Below, piece after piece: positions 52,073-64,000 of a stretch of 64,000 bases of DNA; position 1 is the first letter of the stretch, and each line of letters starts with the position of its first letter. The DNA is from Psammoneis japonica (lineage: Eukaryota), in NCBI GenBank assembly GCA_008632985.1, contig QPGO01000007.1, forward strand, positions 682,001-746,000, read 5' to 3'. Under the pieces are notes generated by a model. It saw nothing but the letters and a program-made list of their open reading frames with translations, was not told the origin of the DNA and ran no database searches. The position numbers and the translations under genes were made by a program.

Positions 52073-54149
52073 TGGTGATGGACACACTTGCAAAAAAAAC
52101 CCAAAAAAGTGAACTCAAAAATCATGGAAAATGAACTCTGCTGCAGAGCACATTGCAAATCACAGAGCTTGTGGCTGCAACAATGCACTTTCAACTCACA
52201 TCAGGCATGGGGAGGCTGCAGCAGTGGCAGCCACAAAGACACGAACTCTGCCATGGAGCAAGCAGGAGCTGCTTTGACAATGTCAAGCACTGGGAGGGGC
52301 TACGGTGGCACTGTTGATGGCAGCTGCTGTGCAAGCGGTGCAAGACAAAAGCATCATGCCCAAAATCTGACATTGCATTTATGAGCATGCACAAAAAAGG
52401 CATCCACATCACAAGGAAATCAGACATTGCAAGAGGAATCTTCATCAACAAAGGAAAACATCAGTTTCAAAAAAGCATTTTTTTTAAAAAGGATGGATGT
52501 CTGCATTGTTCAAAATGACCACATTTTGAACAAATCCACAACAACCGCAGGCCATGCCATCATTGTTCAAATTGAAAATTGAGAACTTTGGTGATGGACA
52601 TTTCCAGCACCTGCAAACAGCAACCACAAAAACTTTGAAAACTGCAAAGGACACATCCAATGGAGCTGCAACCAACACACAAAATCAACTTTTCAGCTGA
52701 ACATTGGACACAAAGCATGGACAACTGGAGAGTGCAACTGGGGGCGGACTCGGTCATCCTTCCCACATGAACGGCACCAACAACAGGAAGCCCCAAACCA
52801 TCATGCCTGGAATGACATGGACAATGAATGGACAAGATGCCACAGATGAGAGAAATGATCAAGATTGATGCTGCAAGGTTTGCTTCATAAGATGCAGAGT
52901 GGGAAACCAAGCAGGCAGAGGAAGACAAAGGCATTGAAGAGGCAAGTGTGTGCCACATGTGTGTCTTGCATTGCCATTTCCTTTAAAAAAGAATGGCACA
53001 CAGTTCTTTTGCAGTTGCAAATGTCATTCACAGGCAACCAAGAAAGCAAGGGTGGCACTGATGAAGACGGTGTGGTGGGAAAAGAAAAGAGGTGCAGCGG
53101 GTGAGGCTTCAACAGAAATGGAGGAAGAACAAGCCGCAGATGTTTGTTCAACAAGCAAAGATGAGTGCAGCACAGACAGTGGCACAGAGGAGCACTTGTT
53201 CACCCAGAACTCTTCATGGTGTGCCCCACAGAGTCCAGCTGTGAGGATCAAAATCTGAGTGTGTGAAGAGCAAGAAAGAGTGGCCTGCAGTCAAAGGCAT
53301 GCAGTGTGAGCTGCAAAGAGTGGTTGTGATGGTGGTGCAATGGTGTGCATTGTGTTGCTGAAAAATGAAATGGCAAGGCCAACAATCTCTCTCTGGTGGA
53401 CGGGTGCATTGCGTTGCGCAATGTCAGATTTGAGCCAGGCAGTTCCAGTGGAAAACAGCACAAACACCCAATCTGGCTAGGTCAGTTCGTGAGGGGCCAG
53501 CAAATTGACATTTGCGATGTGACATCATGCCATTGTGCAAAAGAAATCTGACATTGCAGAATGACATTGTGGGATGACATCACATCATGGTCGTGCAAAA
53601 AGAAAGTGTGATGAGTCTCTCACATTTCCCTTGTGCCTTGATCCAGATGCTCCAACAAGGCCATGGAGCAAGGTGTGGTGTGCAGTTGAGGAGCTCAGGG
53701 GGAGGCAGGATGCTCAGCCATTGCTGACAGCCCCGCAGAAAAACCAGCAGCATTGGGCACAGCAAGCAGGGCAAGACAAAGAGCCACAACACCAAGCAGC
53801 AAGCTGGCAGAGAGAGCACACCCAAACAGGAGCAGCAAGCAGCAGCCAGAGCAAGGGAAAGACACAAGATGCTTTGCAGCAAGAGTGATTTGACAAGCAC
53901 CAAACAAGAGACACAAAGAAAAACAAACTCAGGAGCTGGAGAGGCTCTCAGGAAAGCATCCAAAATCACTGGAAAAATGATGACCCAGCACCAGAGAACA
54001 TGATGATGAGGTGCCTTCTTTTGGCAATGACACCAAAGACAGCAACAAAGACATCAAGGACAACATGAGTGGAGAAGCTGTAAAGAGACCACTGGGCAGA
54101 TGTTGTGGCCATTGGCAAATGATGTTTGGCCATCACTGAGGGGCTGCAT

Positions 54150-55880
54150 GGCTGTTCCCCCTTAAGGACTTAAATTCATCTTCATTTGCTCACAATGCTG
54201 AGACATGAGTCTGTGCCTTTGTTTGTGCTGCAACTCCTTGTCAAGGAGGAGGTGCTTTGTTCCTTTCAACAAGAGAGTCTCCTTGGCAATGAAACACAAT
54301 GTGTGTGGTCTTCTCTTGCAGGCTTGCAACAAGATGGGTGAGGGGTGGTCTTTTGGCCAAACTGTGCATTTCCAATTGATCCTTCTTGTCCAGATCAAAG
54401 AGCTCAACCTCCAATGAGGGTGGTTTGGCACTGCCGCTCCAACCCTCTTGGGAGTCTCATTGCTGCACACATCTCAAGCAGCAGAGGAGACCATCCTTGG
54501 CTCTGGCAACAAATTTTGTGATGCAGAGTGCCAGCCACAAAGGTGTGGTTGCAGCAGGTGTCTTCCAAAAATGTTGCCCACACTTGTGCACTCAATGAGA
54601 AATGACCTCTCATGCCAGACATGCCCATCAATGAGGACCCGTTCTTTGCAGCAAGCATGTCAACCACAAGATTGGCTCTGTCTGTCATTTGGGGGTCAAT
54701 CATTTGTGATGAATCACTCTGGACCAGGCCCAGCTGAGTGGGAGCAAGGTCCATGTGGGTGCCCACAACATGGGGCAGCTGCTTCCTCTTCTGCAGTTGA
54801 ATGCAAGGACCCTGTGAATCACCATGGGAGCATGTGCATCATTTTTGCAGGTGTGAAATTTCTTGCCTTGTGGGGCATTTGAAACAGACCCAAGCAACAG
54901 CCATTGTCACTTGCAAAAATGACAATGTTGCATTGTTCAACATGATGAAAACAGCCAAGGTTGATGTGGGGGGTCTTTCATCAAGTCGTCGACTGAAAGG
55001 AGTTTCTTGAGGCGGGTGGTGTGTGGAGCTGGCCCACCATGTCTCCCTGCATTTTTGTCAGTGGTGGTTGGCTGCAAACTGACCAACAATGATCAAGGCA
55101 GAACAGGTTGCATTTTTGGCTTTGTGGAGCCATTTGTTTGGGTGTCAATGTGCTCTCATCATGCGGGAAAGCCTGGGCCGCGTGCTGCACCTTGCAAGTG
55201 TGGTGCTGAGACAAAAAGTGCAGCAAAAAAAGGCTCCAAAGAAAATGATGATTGAATGTGTTGCCAAGCCCAAGCAAGTTTGATGTTTCCAAGGACAGAA
55301 GTGCAGCAAGGCATGCCAACTGACTGGGGACAATTGTCAAATTTGATCTCAGCCGGTTGGCTGTTCCTTGAGGGAGGCCCAAGAAGCAAGCAAAGGTTGG
55401 TGGGCTGGGGCATGCCCTCCACCATTCATGAGCCATTTTTCAGCCATTTTTCAATGCCATCTGGAACAAAGTCAATTGGATTCTCTTTGTTGAGATGGTT
55501 TCCAAAGAAACCCACTGTGTGTGGCTGAGCTTGCCACACCAAAGTGCGGGGGGCAAAGCAGTCGTGTGCATGAAACAGAGACTCTTTTGTGGTGCTTGCA
55601 CCCATGTGTGTGCAACCCTCGTGTGTCCAAAACAAGGAGTTCTCAAGTTGTGAAACATTTTTACCATCCACAATTGAGCACGTGAGGGACAACAAATGGG
55701 GGGCACACACAAGCCAGCTGGACAGAGCCACGACATTCCATCGTTTTGTTGGAGCCACTTGCAAGTGCACTTCAAGTTGAGCATTGGCTCCACCGATTTC
55801 CGAGTCCAGGTCATCACACAAAACAATCACAATGTTTGGGCGTTTTATGGACAATGACAATGTTGTCAGGAGGATCAAGA
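54150..55880 (-). pseudogene. Sulfatase (formylglycine-dependent, N-acetylglucosamine-6-sulfatase-like) pseudogene
   Basis: Fragments in several frames: RPNIVIVLCDDLD, PICCPSRA (CxPSR), VGFFGNHLN, IVIFASDNGCCLG, PQGKKFH.CKND...PMVI, THMDLAPT.LGL. The 3' end is approximate. Confidence 0.8.
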
Positions 55881-56234
55881 TTTAAAAAGCAAGGCATGTG
55901 ATGCACGAAGCCTTGAACCGACGATCGTGGTAGCACGTGGTGGGGGCGCGGCAGGTCACACCAGGCGAGAATTTGTTACCTAGACAAATTTGATTTCCTA
56001 TTCATCAATGAGAAGCTGCTAGAGTAGTAAACCAACGCCATCATTCTTCTCATCTGTAACATCTAGCTAGAGAGAGTATTTTATGGCACTCTATACACCG
56101 ATATATTTCAAGCAGTAAATTACGTCATTGCTCACTCTAGAGAGAGAGAGCGAGAGAGAGAGAGCCTTACATCAGCGTCAAAGAGACGTTGGACTCAAGT
56201 CTCAAGTAGACACTGAAAAGCTGGTTCAACAGAA

Positions 56235-56762
56235 ATGTCACTATTTGATAAGGACGAAAACAAGGAGTCGAATGTATTTCCTACCGAGCCTGCTTTCTTG
56301 GTTCCCGTTCAAGTGAGAGACACTCCTGACTACGGAAAAGGGCACAAGGGTGTCTTTGCAGACGCGTCAATTGCGGCGGGCACCAAATTCTGGATGTGGA
56401 CGGATCGAGTACAACAGATTCATCGTGACGATTTGGACGGATACATAAAGGAAAACTTTTCGGACAAGGAACAAATTCGAACGTTTCTTCGTCAGGGTTT
56501 TGTCCTGCCCAACAAGCCCGATTTTTTCAATTCCAATCCGACGGACGCGGGACGCTTCATGAATCACTCTTGTGATCCAAATTGTGGTCCAGACGGAACA
56601 ATCCGGGCTATTCAAACGGGAGAGGAGCTTACAATGGACTATGGTTTTCATGGAGACCCTCAGTGGTATCAAATTCTGTGTCAGAAGTACGGAGTTGATA
56701 CTGAAGCCCAGATTGCAGCAAAGGCAAGAGCGAAGGAAATGCCAACTACACGTAGGTCATAG
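56235..56762 (+). CDS. Small SET-domain methyltransferase, 175 aa
   Basis: KGVFA, RFMNHSCDPNC, GEELTMDY motifs. Confidence 0.9.
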   Translation: MSLFDKDENKESNVFPTEPAFLVPVQVRDTPDYGKGHKGVFADASIAAGTKFWMWTDRVQQIHRDDLDGYIKENFSDKEQIRTFLRQGFVLPNKPDFFNSNPTDAGRFMNHSCDPNCGPDGTIRAIQTGEELTMDYGFHGDPQWYQILCQKYGVDTEAQIAAKARAKEMPTTRRS

Positions 56763-56936
56763 TGTGTGAAAAGGATGAAACCAATTCTCAGATCTGGGCG
56801 ACCCTCAGTGGTATCAAATTCTGTGTCAGAAGCATGGAGTTGATACTGAAGCCCAGATGTAGAAAAGGCAAGAGCGAAGGAAATGCATACACATAGGTCA
56901 TAGTGTATAAAGGATGAAACCAATTCTCAGATCTGG
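56655..56936 (+). repeat. Tandem duplication of about 140 bp of the SET gene 3' end (56655-56797 / 56800-56936)
   Basis: GACCCTCAGTGGTATCAAATTCTGTGTCAGAAG...AGGATGAAACCAATTCTCAGATCTGG occurs twice. Confidence 0.92.
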
Positions 56937-57243
56937 CGGAAGGAGTGAACTTCCATACGCGAACCTAGCACCGATCATAAATGCCAGATGGGGACAATTC
57001 AAAGGATCCATTTGGACGGGATGCGGAAAGCGAATGACAATTGCATGAATGACGGTCAACTTGTAGAGCAGTACAGACGTCCGTGCTGTGAGAAATACTT
57101 TTCTTCTACTACTAGCTCGAGACAGATAGGACTGAAGAGCACAACGGCACGCAGTATTCTGGATAATCCTGTTTCTCGATCATGAGTTCACAACATAGAC
57201 TCTGCCTATGGTTCCTAAGGAGGCAGCAACATACCAGTCAAAC

Positions 57244-60200
57244 CTACATCCCATTACCGAACAGTTGCGTCACGAGTGCCGTGGTGGGTTGCTCCGAAGA
57301 TAGCGATGGCACGACGGCATCTTTGGAGACTGGTGCCAGTAAGAGAGAAGAAACCGGCTGCATTAGCATCGTCTTTGCGGTATCAAAAGTGGAAAACGGG
57401 ATTGTTTACTTACGAAGGGTGGTGTATGCAGCGTGCATGTCTTCCGCGTAGAACTTGACTTGCTCGCTGCAACGCGGAAGAAGATTCAGCGCTATGACCA
57501 ACAGTTTCTCCGAGCTGCCAAGATCTTCATAGTGAAGCATATTCAAACCCCAGTTGTAAGCTTCGATGGCGAACCAGTCTATCTCCTCCGTCGTATAAAG
57601 ATGATTCTTGTCATCCTCATTGGAGCGATCCACCTCGTTGTCTTTGAAAAATGAGTCGACACCACCCAACACTTCCGCTATCTCGTGCGCCCCGTCTGCA
57701 AGTCGGACAAGACGCTGCTGGATTTTCCCCAGGGAACGCCTGCTGCCGTCGTTCGCCATTATAGACGACTTGCTATGATTGATCAAATCGTCCACGCATT
57801 TCTGCAGAATGAGCTTCTCGCTCATTGGCATCCTCTTCGTCTTCGCTCGCAGAGACACGGCAAATACACAGCTGGCAATAGAGTGGGTACCAAAGGTTCG
57901 AAGAGGCTCCTGAACAGCTCCAGCGTCATCTGGATTTCCAGTACTCGAGTCATCGGCCACTGATTTGGAGGTGGTCTTCGAAGTTGATTCTGACCTGATA
58001 GAGGAAAGACGTAGAAGCACATCGTCATGTAGGAGAGTCTTGCTGCAAAACTGGTCGTCTCCGATTTCGACCAAACATCGCAGCTCAAGCCATGAGAGCA
58101 TGCCTGCAAAAACTGAGGCGTGGTCATCTTCTGAGGCCGTGACCGTCAACTCTTGCTTTGCGATATAGATATTGACGAGACTTCGTCTCAAAAGTCGATC
58201 TCTAGTTGAATCACTGGAGTCTTCTTCGTTGGTGGGTTTTGCGTTGTCAATCACCTTCGCGACCGACATCACGAGGCACTCTACGGAAAAGTAGCTACAC
58301 GCCATCGAAGGCTCGCGGATTTTCTCGACATCAACTAACGACGTGAAAGTTTCGAAATCGTCGAGGGAATCGGAATCCAACTCACAATCAAGACGACATT
58401 TCGAGAGGGAGCCACCCACAGGTTCTTTTGCGAAGATGGCGAACTGTGGCAACGATAAGCAAGAGTTGTCAGGCCACGACACAATACTTACGCAAGAAAC
58501 TGGTAGTAGACTTACATCGTGAGCCTTACAAAAGAGTTCTGAAGGAACCTCCTCGGTAGGGTGAGGGATCAACGCCAAATTCCAAAGTTGCTCTGCAATC
58601 ACTTGGCAATCGCGCTTTTCACCAACCAGAAGAGAGATATTTTTATCGTCCCATAGCGGTAAAGCATCCACCGAGTCCACTAGTGATCCATCGGTCAACG
58701 ATTGGTTTTCGCTCGACCCTGACGTCTGCATTTCGCAAGTGTTGCTGTCCCTTAGAGTCAGCAACGAATCAAGGACTTTACTGAGCGTCGCGATCAAACC
58801 CTTTCCACTCTCATCTACCGAAAACTCTGCTGCATCCCGGCTGCAATCAGTCCAAAGCTTTTCAATGTTTGTGAGGTATCCAGCTAAAATAGGAAACAAA
58901 GGAACGTCAGAATGCTCGACGACAACGCCTTCCTTGACAAAGCCGTTAGCAATGAACAAGTCAATCCACATTTTTTGAATGCCAAGTGTCAGAGGGCCTC
59001 CGTCTTTTTCTCCATTTTCGTAGCATACGTTGTTGAGAACAGGGAAAAGCGACAGCATTTCCCCTCGTGACGCAGTCGAAGACAGTCGGGTCAAGCCGGT
59101 TTCTAGTTCCGCAAGAATCTCAGGCGCGTTGCTGTTTGACTCGGCAATCACTCGGCAGTGAAACAAAACAGACAGGCTCGAGAGAGTCGGCATGATATCC
59201 CATGCATCTCGTGCCGCCTTGCAACTTTCCTCCTTATTTTCGTTCATCATGGACATTGCGTAGGCCTTGATCGACATGGCGTTAGCAACCGCTTCATACT
59301 GGTTGTTATTACTCCGACCCTCACTCGGGGTTGAAGCCAATTTCGGCGTGCTACCACGAAGCGCTTGAAGGAAGAAATCAGCCCATGTCACGCAAGATTT
59401 GTAAGCATCCCGGGAACGATAGAATGATAGAGCTCGGGCAAAATGAGCCTGTGACTCATCAAGTACGCTCTCCATTCCAGAGTCCGAGTCGGTGAAAAGC
59501 GTGCTGTTGTTTCGCGTCGCGACAGCATTCTCACCAGCCTTGGTCAACAGCGCTGCAAGATCTCTCCCTACATCAACAGCAAATGCGTCGAGCTTCTCGA
59601 GCGCGTCCGTAGGGAGCTGTGGCGTCGTTTCGTACGCTTTCTGAATGCTGATCAGTAGCGCATTGAGGTGGTCCAGCACAACAAAGATATGCAACGGATG
59701 ACAGTCTGAAAAGACGCTAAGCAAGATGCTGTACGGGTTGCTTTTATTCAAAACAGCGATATTGCCATGCTGTGCAAAAGAAAGCAGGCGGCGAACCCCA
59801 ACCATGCGAGCAGCATCGAGTGCACGCTTAAAAGATTCGTCCTTTTCCAAACCGCGGGGATCCTTCGGCACGGAAGAGTGGCAGTTTTGCTCCAAAAGGT
59901 CGTGGCACTTTTTCGATTGCTCTGCCAGCTGCTTGAGATTCGTGTCGATGCGCTCCTCCTCGTCTTGGGTGGGAGAAGGATCCGATCGATTGTCAATCAT
60001 AATCCTGCTGAATGCCACATTTGAGCGTTCGGCATGCTCTCTGAGGCGACCTTTGTCCCGTGCAGCTTTTGCTCTAGCCCTGCCCTCGGCGACAGACTGC
60101 TGCCTCGGTCCTGAAATACGCAAGAGGTGGCACATTGGGTATGTTTAGAAGTGCTATCGGTTGCGAAATGAAGCAAGAAAGAAAAAGGTGCATCGCAAGG

Positions 60201-62057
60201 CAAACCAGGGTACTCACCTTCTATCGAAAGCGATTCAGAATATGAGTGCATCATCCCATCCTGGCTTTCCATGACGGCGTCTGAGGCATTCAACTGCTTC
60301 ATCGTGGCCGCATAAGTTTTTTCTTGGAGACGATTCTCTTCTTCAATGTAGTGCTCGAGACGATCTAGGCACTTTTGGGCCTCGTTGCTTTTCCCTAGCG
60401 CATGCTGAATGTGGCTGAGAACGTACAAGCACTGTTTGGACACCATCAACATTTCATGCTGCTGTCGACTGAAATCCACTCCCTTGTTTCCAGAAGAAGC
60501 GTGGACCGCGATGCAAGCCAGGAAGCGGTTGGTGGCCTCCAAGGAAATACGAAGAGAGCGATGCGCAAACGTATACTGCTTGCGCCGCGAGAACGTGTTG
60601 CCGTGCTGAAATTGGCAAGAAAGAGCGAACATAATAGTGTGAGCGAAACGCGTACAAAGGTCGTGACGATTACAAATGAAATATCGATATACAATACCTT
60701 GTAGGATGTTCCAGCCAAAGCAGGAAGATAGCGCTGGATCGCCTTGGAAATCGCCGGTCCACTCGCTTCCGTGTCTTTTCCTTCGAGACAATATTGCAAC
60801 ACAAACTCCTCCAAGTTCTTGAGGAGAGAAAGAATCTGTCCGCAATGAGCGTCCGATACTTCCGTGGTCGTCGAGGCTTGTGCTACTCGAGCAGCAGCGT
60901 CCGGCAGTAGAGCAACGGCCTCGAACGCTTCATCGAGATGCTTGGTGATTAGTGATTCGTCTGCTGACGCCGTGCCGTTGCTTTTCTTGTTATCCCGTGC
61001 AACAATGGCTTGCCAAAACCGAGTCGCAAGACCAAGGGTAGGAAAGGCCGCGGAAGCGTCACTGCCGTGATCCAAGAGAGCACGGCCGGCACGACAAAAG
61101 CACCGAAGGCCGTAGGCAAGTTGTTCTGGTCCAGCCGACTCGAGCGTAGCAAGCTTGGCCGTCTCTACTTCATCTGATGCGCTCTTGGTTTGAATATAGT
61201 CAATCAAGACAAGTCGGGCGGTAATGGCTCGAATGTATCCACTCGCCGCCGCCTTGTCACGGGTCGCCTTGTCGGTGTTGGTGCCAACCTTGACCTTGTC
61301 GTGGAACCACGAAGGGTGGGAGCGTATCTTTTTCCACAATTTCGCACCCGTGTTACGTAGACTTTCTCGGGAGGTGTCTGAAATAATTCCGGCAGAAACT
61401 TCGCCGTCGCTATTGGTCATTGGGTCGTCCGGGCTGCTCAAGGCCAGTTCGACCGAGCGGCCGTAGGTCACGAGCGACTTGTGGGCGTTGGAAGCAAGTG
61501 TATGCATGCGCCCAAAGACGTTGCTGTCACTCTGTTCTGATGGAGTAGTGGCCTCGGATTCAACAGCAACCTCAATGTACTGAGAATGGCGTTGGCGAGA
61601 TGGGACGGACAAGACGACGTTAGTTTACGAAACTAAACTAGGATGTGAAGAACGACTTTCTCACACGCACGTGCAGTAGTATGGTACTAACCTGTAGAAG
61701 CTCGTTCAAATCACTACGGAATTTACGTTCGGCATCGTTTGCGTCCTCTTTCGTGGCGTTGGCCTGAAGCGTATCGCTCTCATGTGTGGGTTCAGCTGTA
61801 GGAGTATCATTCTCCGTTTCGGTGTGAGCAATAAGAGAAGGTCCAGAGGGTTCCGACCGGCAAGTTTTCTCGACCACAACTTCAGCCGCCTCGGGTGTAT
61901 CGTCAGCTACAGATTCGCTCTCTTTCTCCTCCTCCATGGCGTCCGCCGCCGCTTCTTCCACCATTGACAAATCGTCGTCAGTTGAGGACGACATCGTCTC
62001 TATCATGCTAACATCGTCGTCGAAAGCACCTCCCATAATGGAGTATTCGTCGTCCAT
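57244..62057 (-). CDS. ZIP4: Meiotic ZMM TPR protein ZIP4/SPO22/TEX11-like; predicted introns 61691-61580, 60697-60606, 60217-60111, 58515-58444, 57413-57330
   Basis: Long helical ORFs joined in frame by GT-AG introns. The C-terminal YTTEEIDWFAIEAYNWG...SEKLLVIALNLL resembles the TEX11/ZIP4 C-terminal block. QLWN motif. Acidic N-terminus. Confidence 0.7.
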
Positions 62058-62150
62058 GGTTGTTGCGCCGCCGCTGATGAAAAAAGTGTGTGCTGTGTGC
62101 CGTGGAAAAGTGTACCGGGAAGCTCGTAGGAAAAAAATGACTGCTTGATT

Positions 62151-62158
62151 TTTCCCGC
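62151..62158 (+). promoter_or_regulatory. E2F-consensus site TTTCCCGC about 95 bp upstream of the ZIP4-like ATG
   Basis: Exact match to TTTSSCGC, with TTCGAA (CHR-like) about 10 bp away. Confidence 0.35.
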
Positions 62159-63614
62159 CAAACCGATTTTCGAACGCCGCGTTCTACGCAACTCGTGGTA
62201 CGTTTTTTACGAGAGTCAACGCGAACCATGGTTGTTGTTTCCTACAGCATTGAACAACCGTCTCCAAAGAGAAAGCGCATAGACACGGTAATAGCAAATG
62301 TCTCGTTGTACAGTATCATTTTGGTCGAGACCGATGACTTGAGTGTCGCTAGGTGTCGACTTTCCTCGTGGAGCGACAGCATCTCTAATTCATGCGGCAA
62401 TCCTTCTCTATTGACACTATTTTCTCGATCATTTGAAATCATCGCATCATACATTCAAATATCACGGGATTCGAACATTGTCGTTGCCTTACAAACATTG
62501 AAAATTGGCAAAGAGCGGCATAATCGGCAGGGCACATCGTCGACGCGAAAGGCAAGGATATCGAAGATCCATGCGCGCGGTGATACGCGCGTGAAGATTG
62601 GAAGATTTGCGATATTCGTTCTCGTAGTATATTGTATATTTTTTAACCGTCAAGTCGTACAGTTTTGAACACAGCGCACTATCATCAAAATACACTAATT
62701 ATTCATTCAACTCCAAATATGATAATTTTCAGTTGAGTTTTATTCATTTTATTCAAACTTTCATGTTTGTAAAAAGTACAACGACTATTGCCCGTGTTTA
62801 AGCGATCAAAATATGTATATACAGCATCTCTGTGTACATTTAGAAACAAGCAGTCACGCTTACTAAAAGTCTACTGATTTCTACACTATTGCCCCTAGGA
62901 TTTGAATTGCGCCCAAAATCGTCGTTGCCACAACCCGGACGTTGTCGCGCTATTTTCGCATCGACAGCCCATCAACACGCCGTCAGAATGTCTCTGAGAG
63001 CCAACGAACCAAAGCTGTTGTGTGTTGTGTAGGCATTACGTTGTTGACGCCAGAGACTGATGCAGTGAACGAGTATAGGGTGAGTATCATCATATTGACG
63101 AGTGTTGCGTGTGACAAGAACGCGGCGGAGCGTAATTTGTTTCGAGAGAAAGATCCGACGTTGACGCTGATAGTTCTCGTTTGATGCCGTGTAATTGCAC
63201 ATCTGGGGAGGTCGCGCTTATTCAGGACACGTACAACGGCCTATGCTTATGATACTTTGACTGAATTCTCTCTAGTATCGTATTGTACGCAATAGTGGGA
63301 CGCCGTTTGGGCATTGTCGTTGCAAAAGTCGATTTCTCGCGTCATTTTTCTCGTACGTGCTTTCTCGTACGTACGCATCATTCATCACGACGGAACGGTT
63401 AGAGAAGTCAAACATTACATTCTCCACTCATCCGATCGAAATCACGTCGATGACTCTCTATTGCATACGCTACATATGACTGCGTATTTTTGTGAATCGA
63501 TCGTTTCTCAATTGTACACCACGTCTGAAGCAAGCAACTCACCATCGAATTCTCTGTTTCGACAGACTGCTTGCGTGTTGTATAGAATAAGAAGGACATT
63601 TATAATTTATCAGG

Positions 63615-63734
63615 ATGCCAAAGATTTCCCGTACAACGAGGCAGTCGGCCGCTGCTGCCGCGCCTCCTGCAGATGAGGCAGACAATCCATCGGAGGCTAC
63701 AAGCAGAGCGACGCAGCCAAGAAGAGCTGCTTTG
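63615..63734 (+). CDS. Probable first exon of an unknown gene
   Basis: ATG, low-complexity MPKISRTTRQSAAAAAPPADE..., followed by a GTAAGT donor at 63735. Confidence 0.4.
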
Positions 63735-64000
63735 GTAAGTAAAATTCATCGTGGCTTTTTGGGTTGGTTGTCATATGTCTGTTACGTCTGTGTACGGTTC
63801 TCTACTGTTGTTGGAAGGCGCTGGTTCTCCGCCGATGTTGCATATGGTGTGCCGATAGCGCTGTTCTTTCTCGAAAGCGCCATTGGCTCTACAGTTTTTC
63901 CGGTGATGGCTATGTAGCTTCTACGGCGGATTTGTACGAATAAACCACGCATGATTGGCGCATGTGAAAGTTTGCGGAGCCTCCACATTTTCGTACTCTT

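Larger units (their letters stand above)
38370..55900. other. Repeat block 2, TpA-depleted (hypermutated) domain
   Basis: For example 0 TA and 3 CG in 47041-47700 by eye. Abrupt return to normal composition at both edges. Confidence 0.9.

Noticed and set aside
50820..53590. TGACAT/AATCTGACATTG motif clusters as ends of another transposon
   Set aside because: The motifs recur, but I could not define TIRs or a TSD.
56235..56762. SET gene as the effector of the neighbouring mutated domain
   Set aside because: Adjacency only; a minimal SET protein with no reader domain, and eukaryotic gene order rarely implies function.

Overview
Eukaryotic genomic DNA, most likely from a pennate diatom. Clues: short GT-AG introns, diatom-type Copia elements, and a secreted Pro/Ser/Lys-rich protein with RXL motifs. 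The window alternates between two repeat blocks (about 1-21.6 kb and 38.4-55.9 kb) and two ordinary gene islands. The first island (about 21.9-38.3 kb) holds a silaffin/adhesin-like protein, RNR small subunit, PAM18, a tesmin/CXC protein, a PP2C and a cytochrome P450. The second (about 56-64 kb) holds a SET protein and a ZIP4/TEX11-like gene. The main observation is that the repeat blocks have lost almost every TpA dinucleotide, converted to TpG or CpA on both strands. Conserved Tyr codons of the retrotransposon proteins read Cys or His (YVDD->HVDD, DYFETYAP->DCFETHAP), and a PBS reads GGTTGTGAGCCC instead of GGTTATGAGCCC. Paired LTRs and TIRs differ almost only at TA/TG/CA/CG sites, and the effect stops sharply at the gene islands. 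This looks like a repeat-targeted hypermutation system that is the inverse of fungal RIP. The blocks contain a full-length Copia with non-canonical AGTC...GACT LTR ends nested in an older Copia, several TIR elements with target-site duplications, a LINE remnant, satellites and a mutated sulfatase pseudogene. All counts and alignments were done by eye, and family assignments come from remembered motifs, not database searches.
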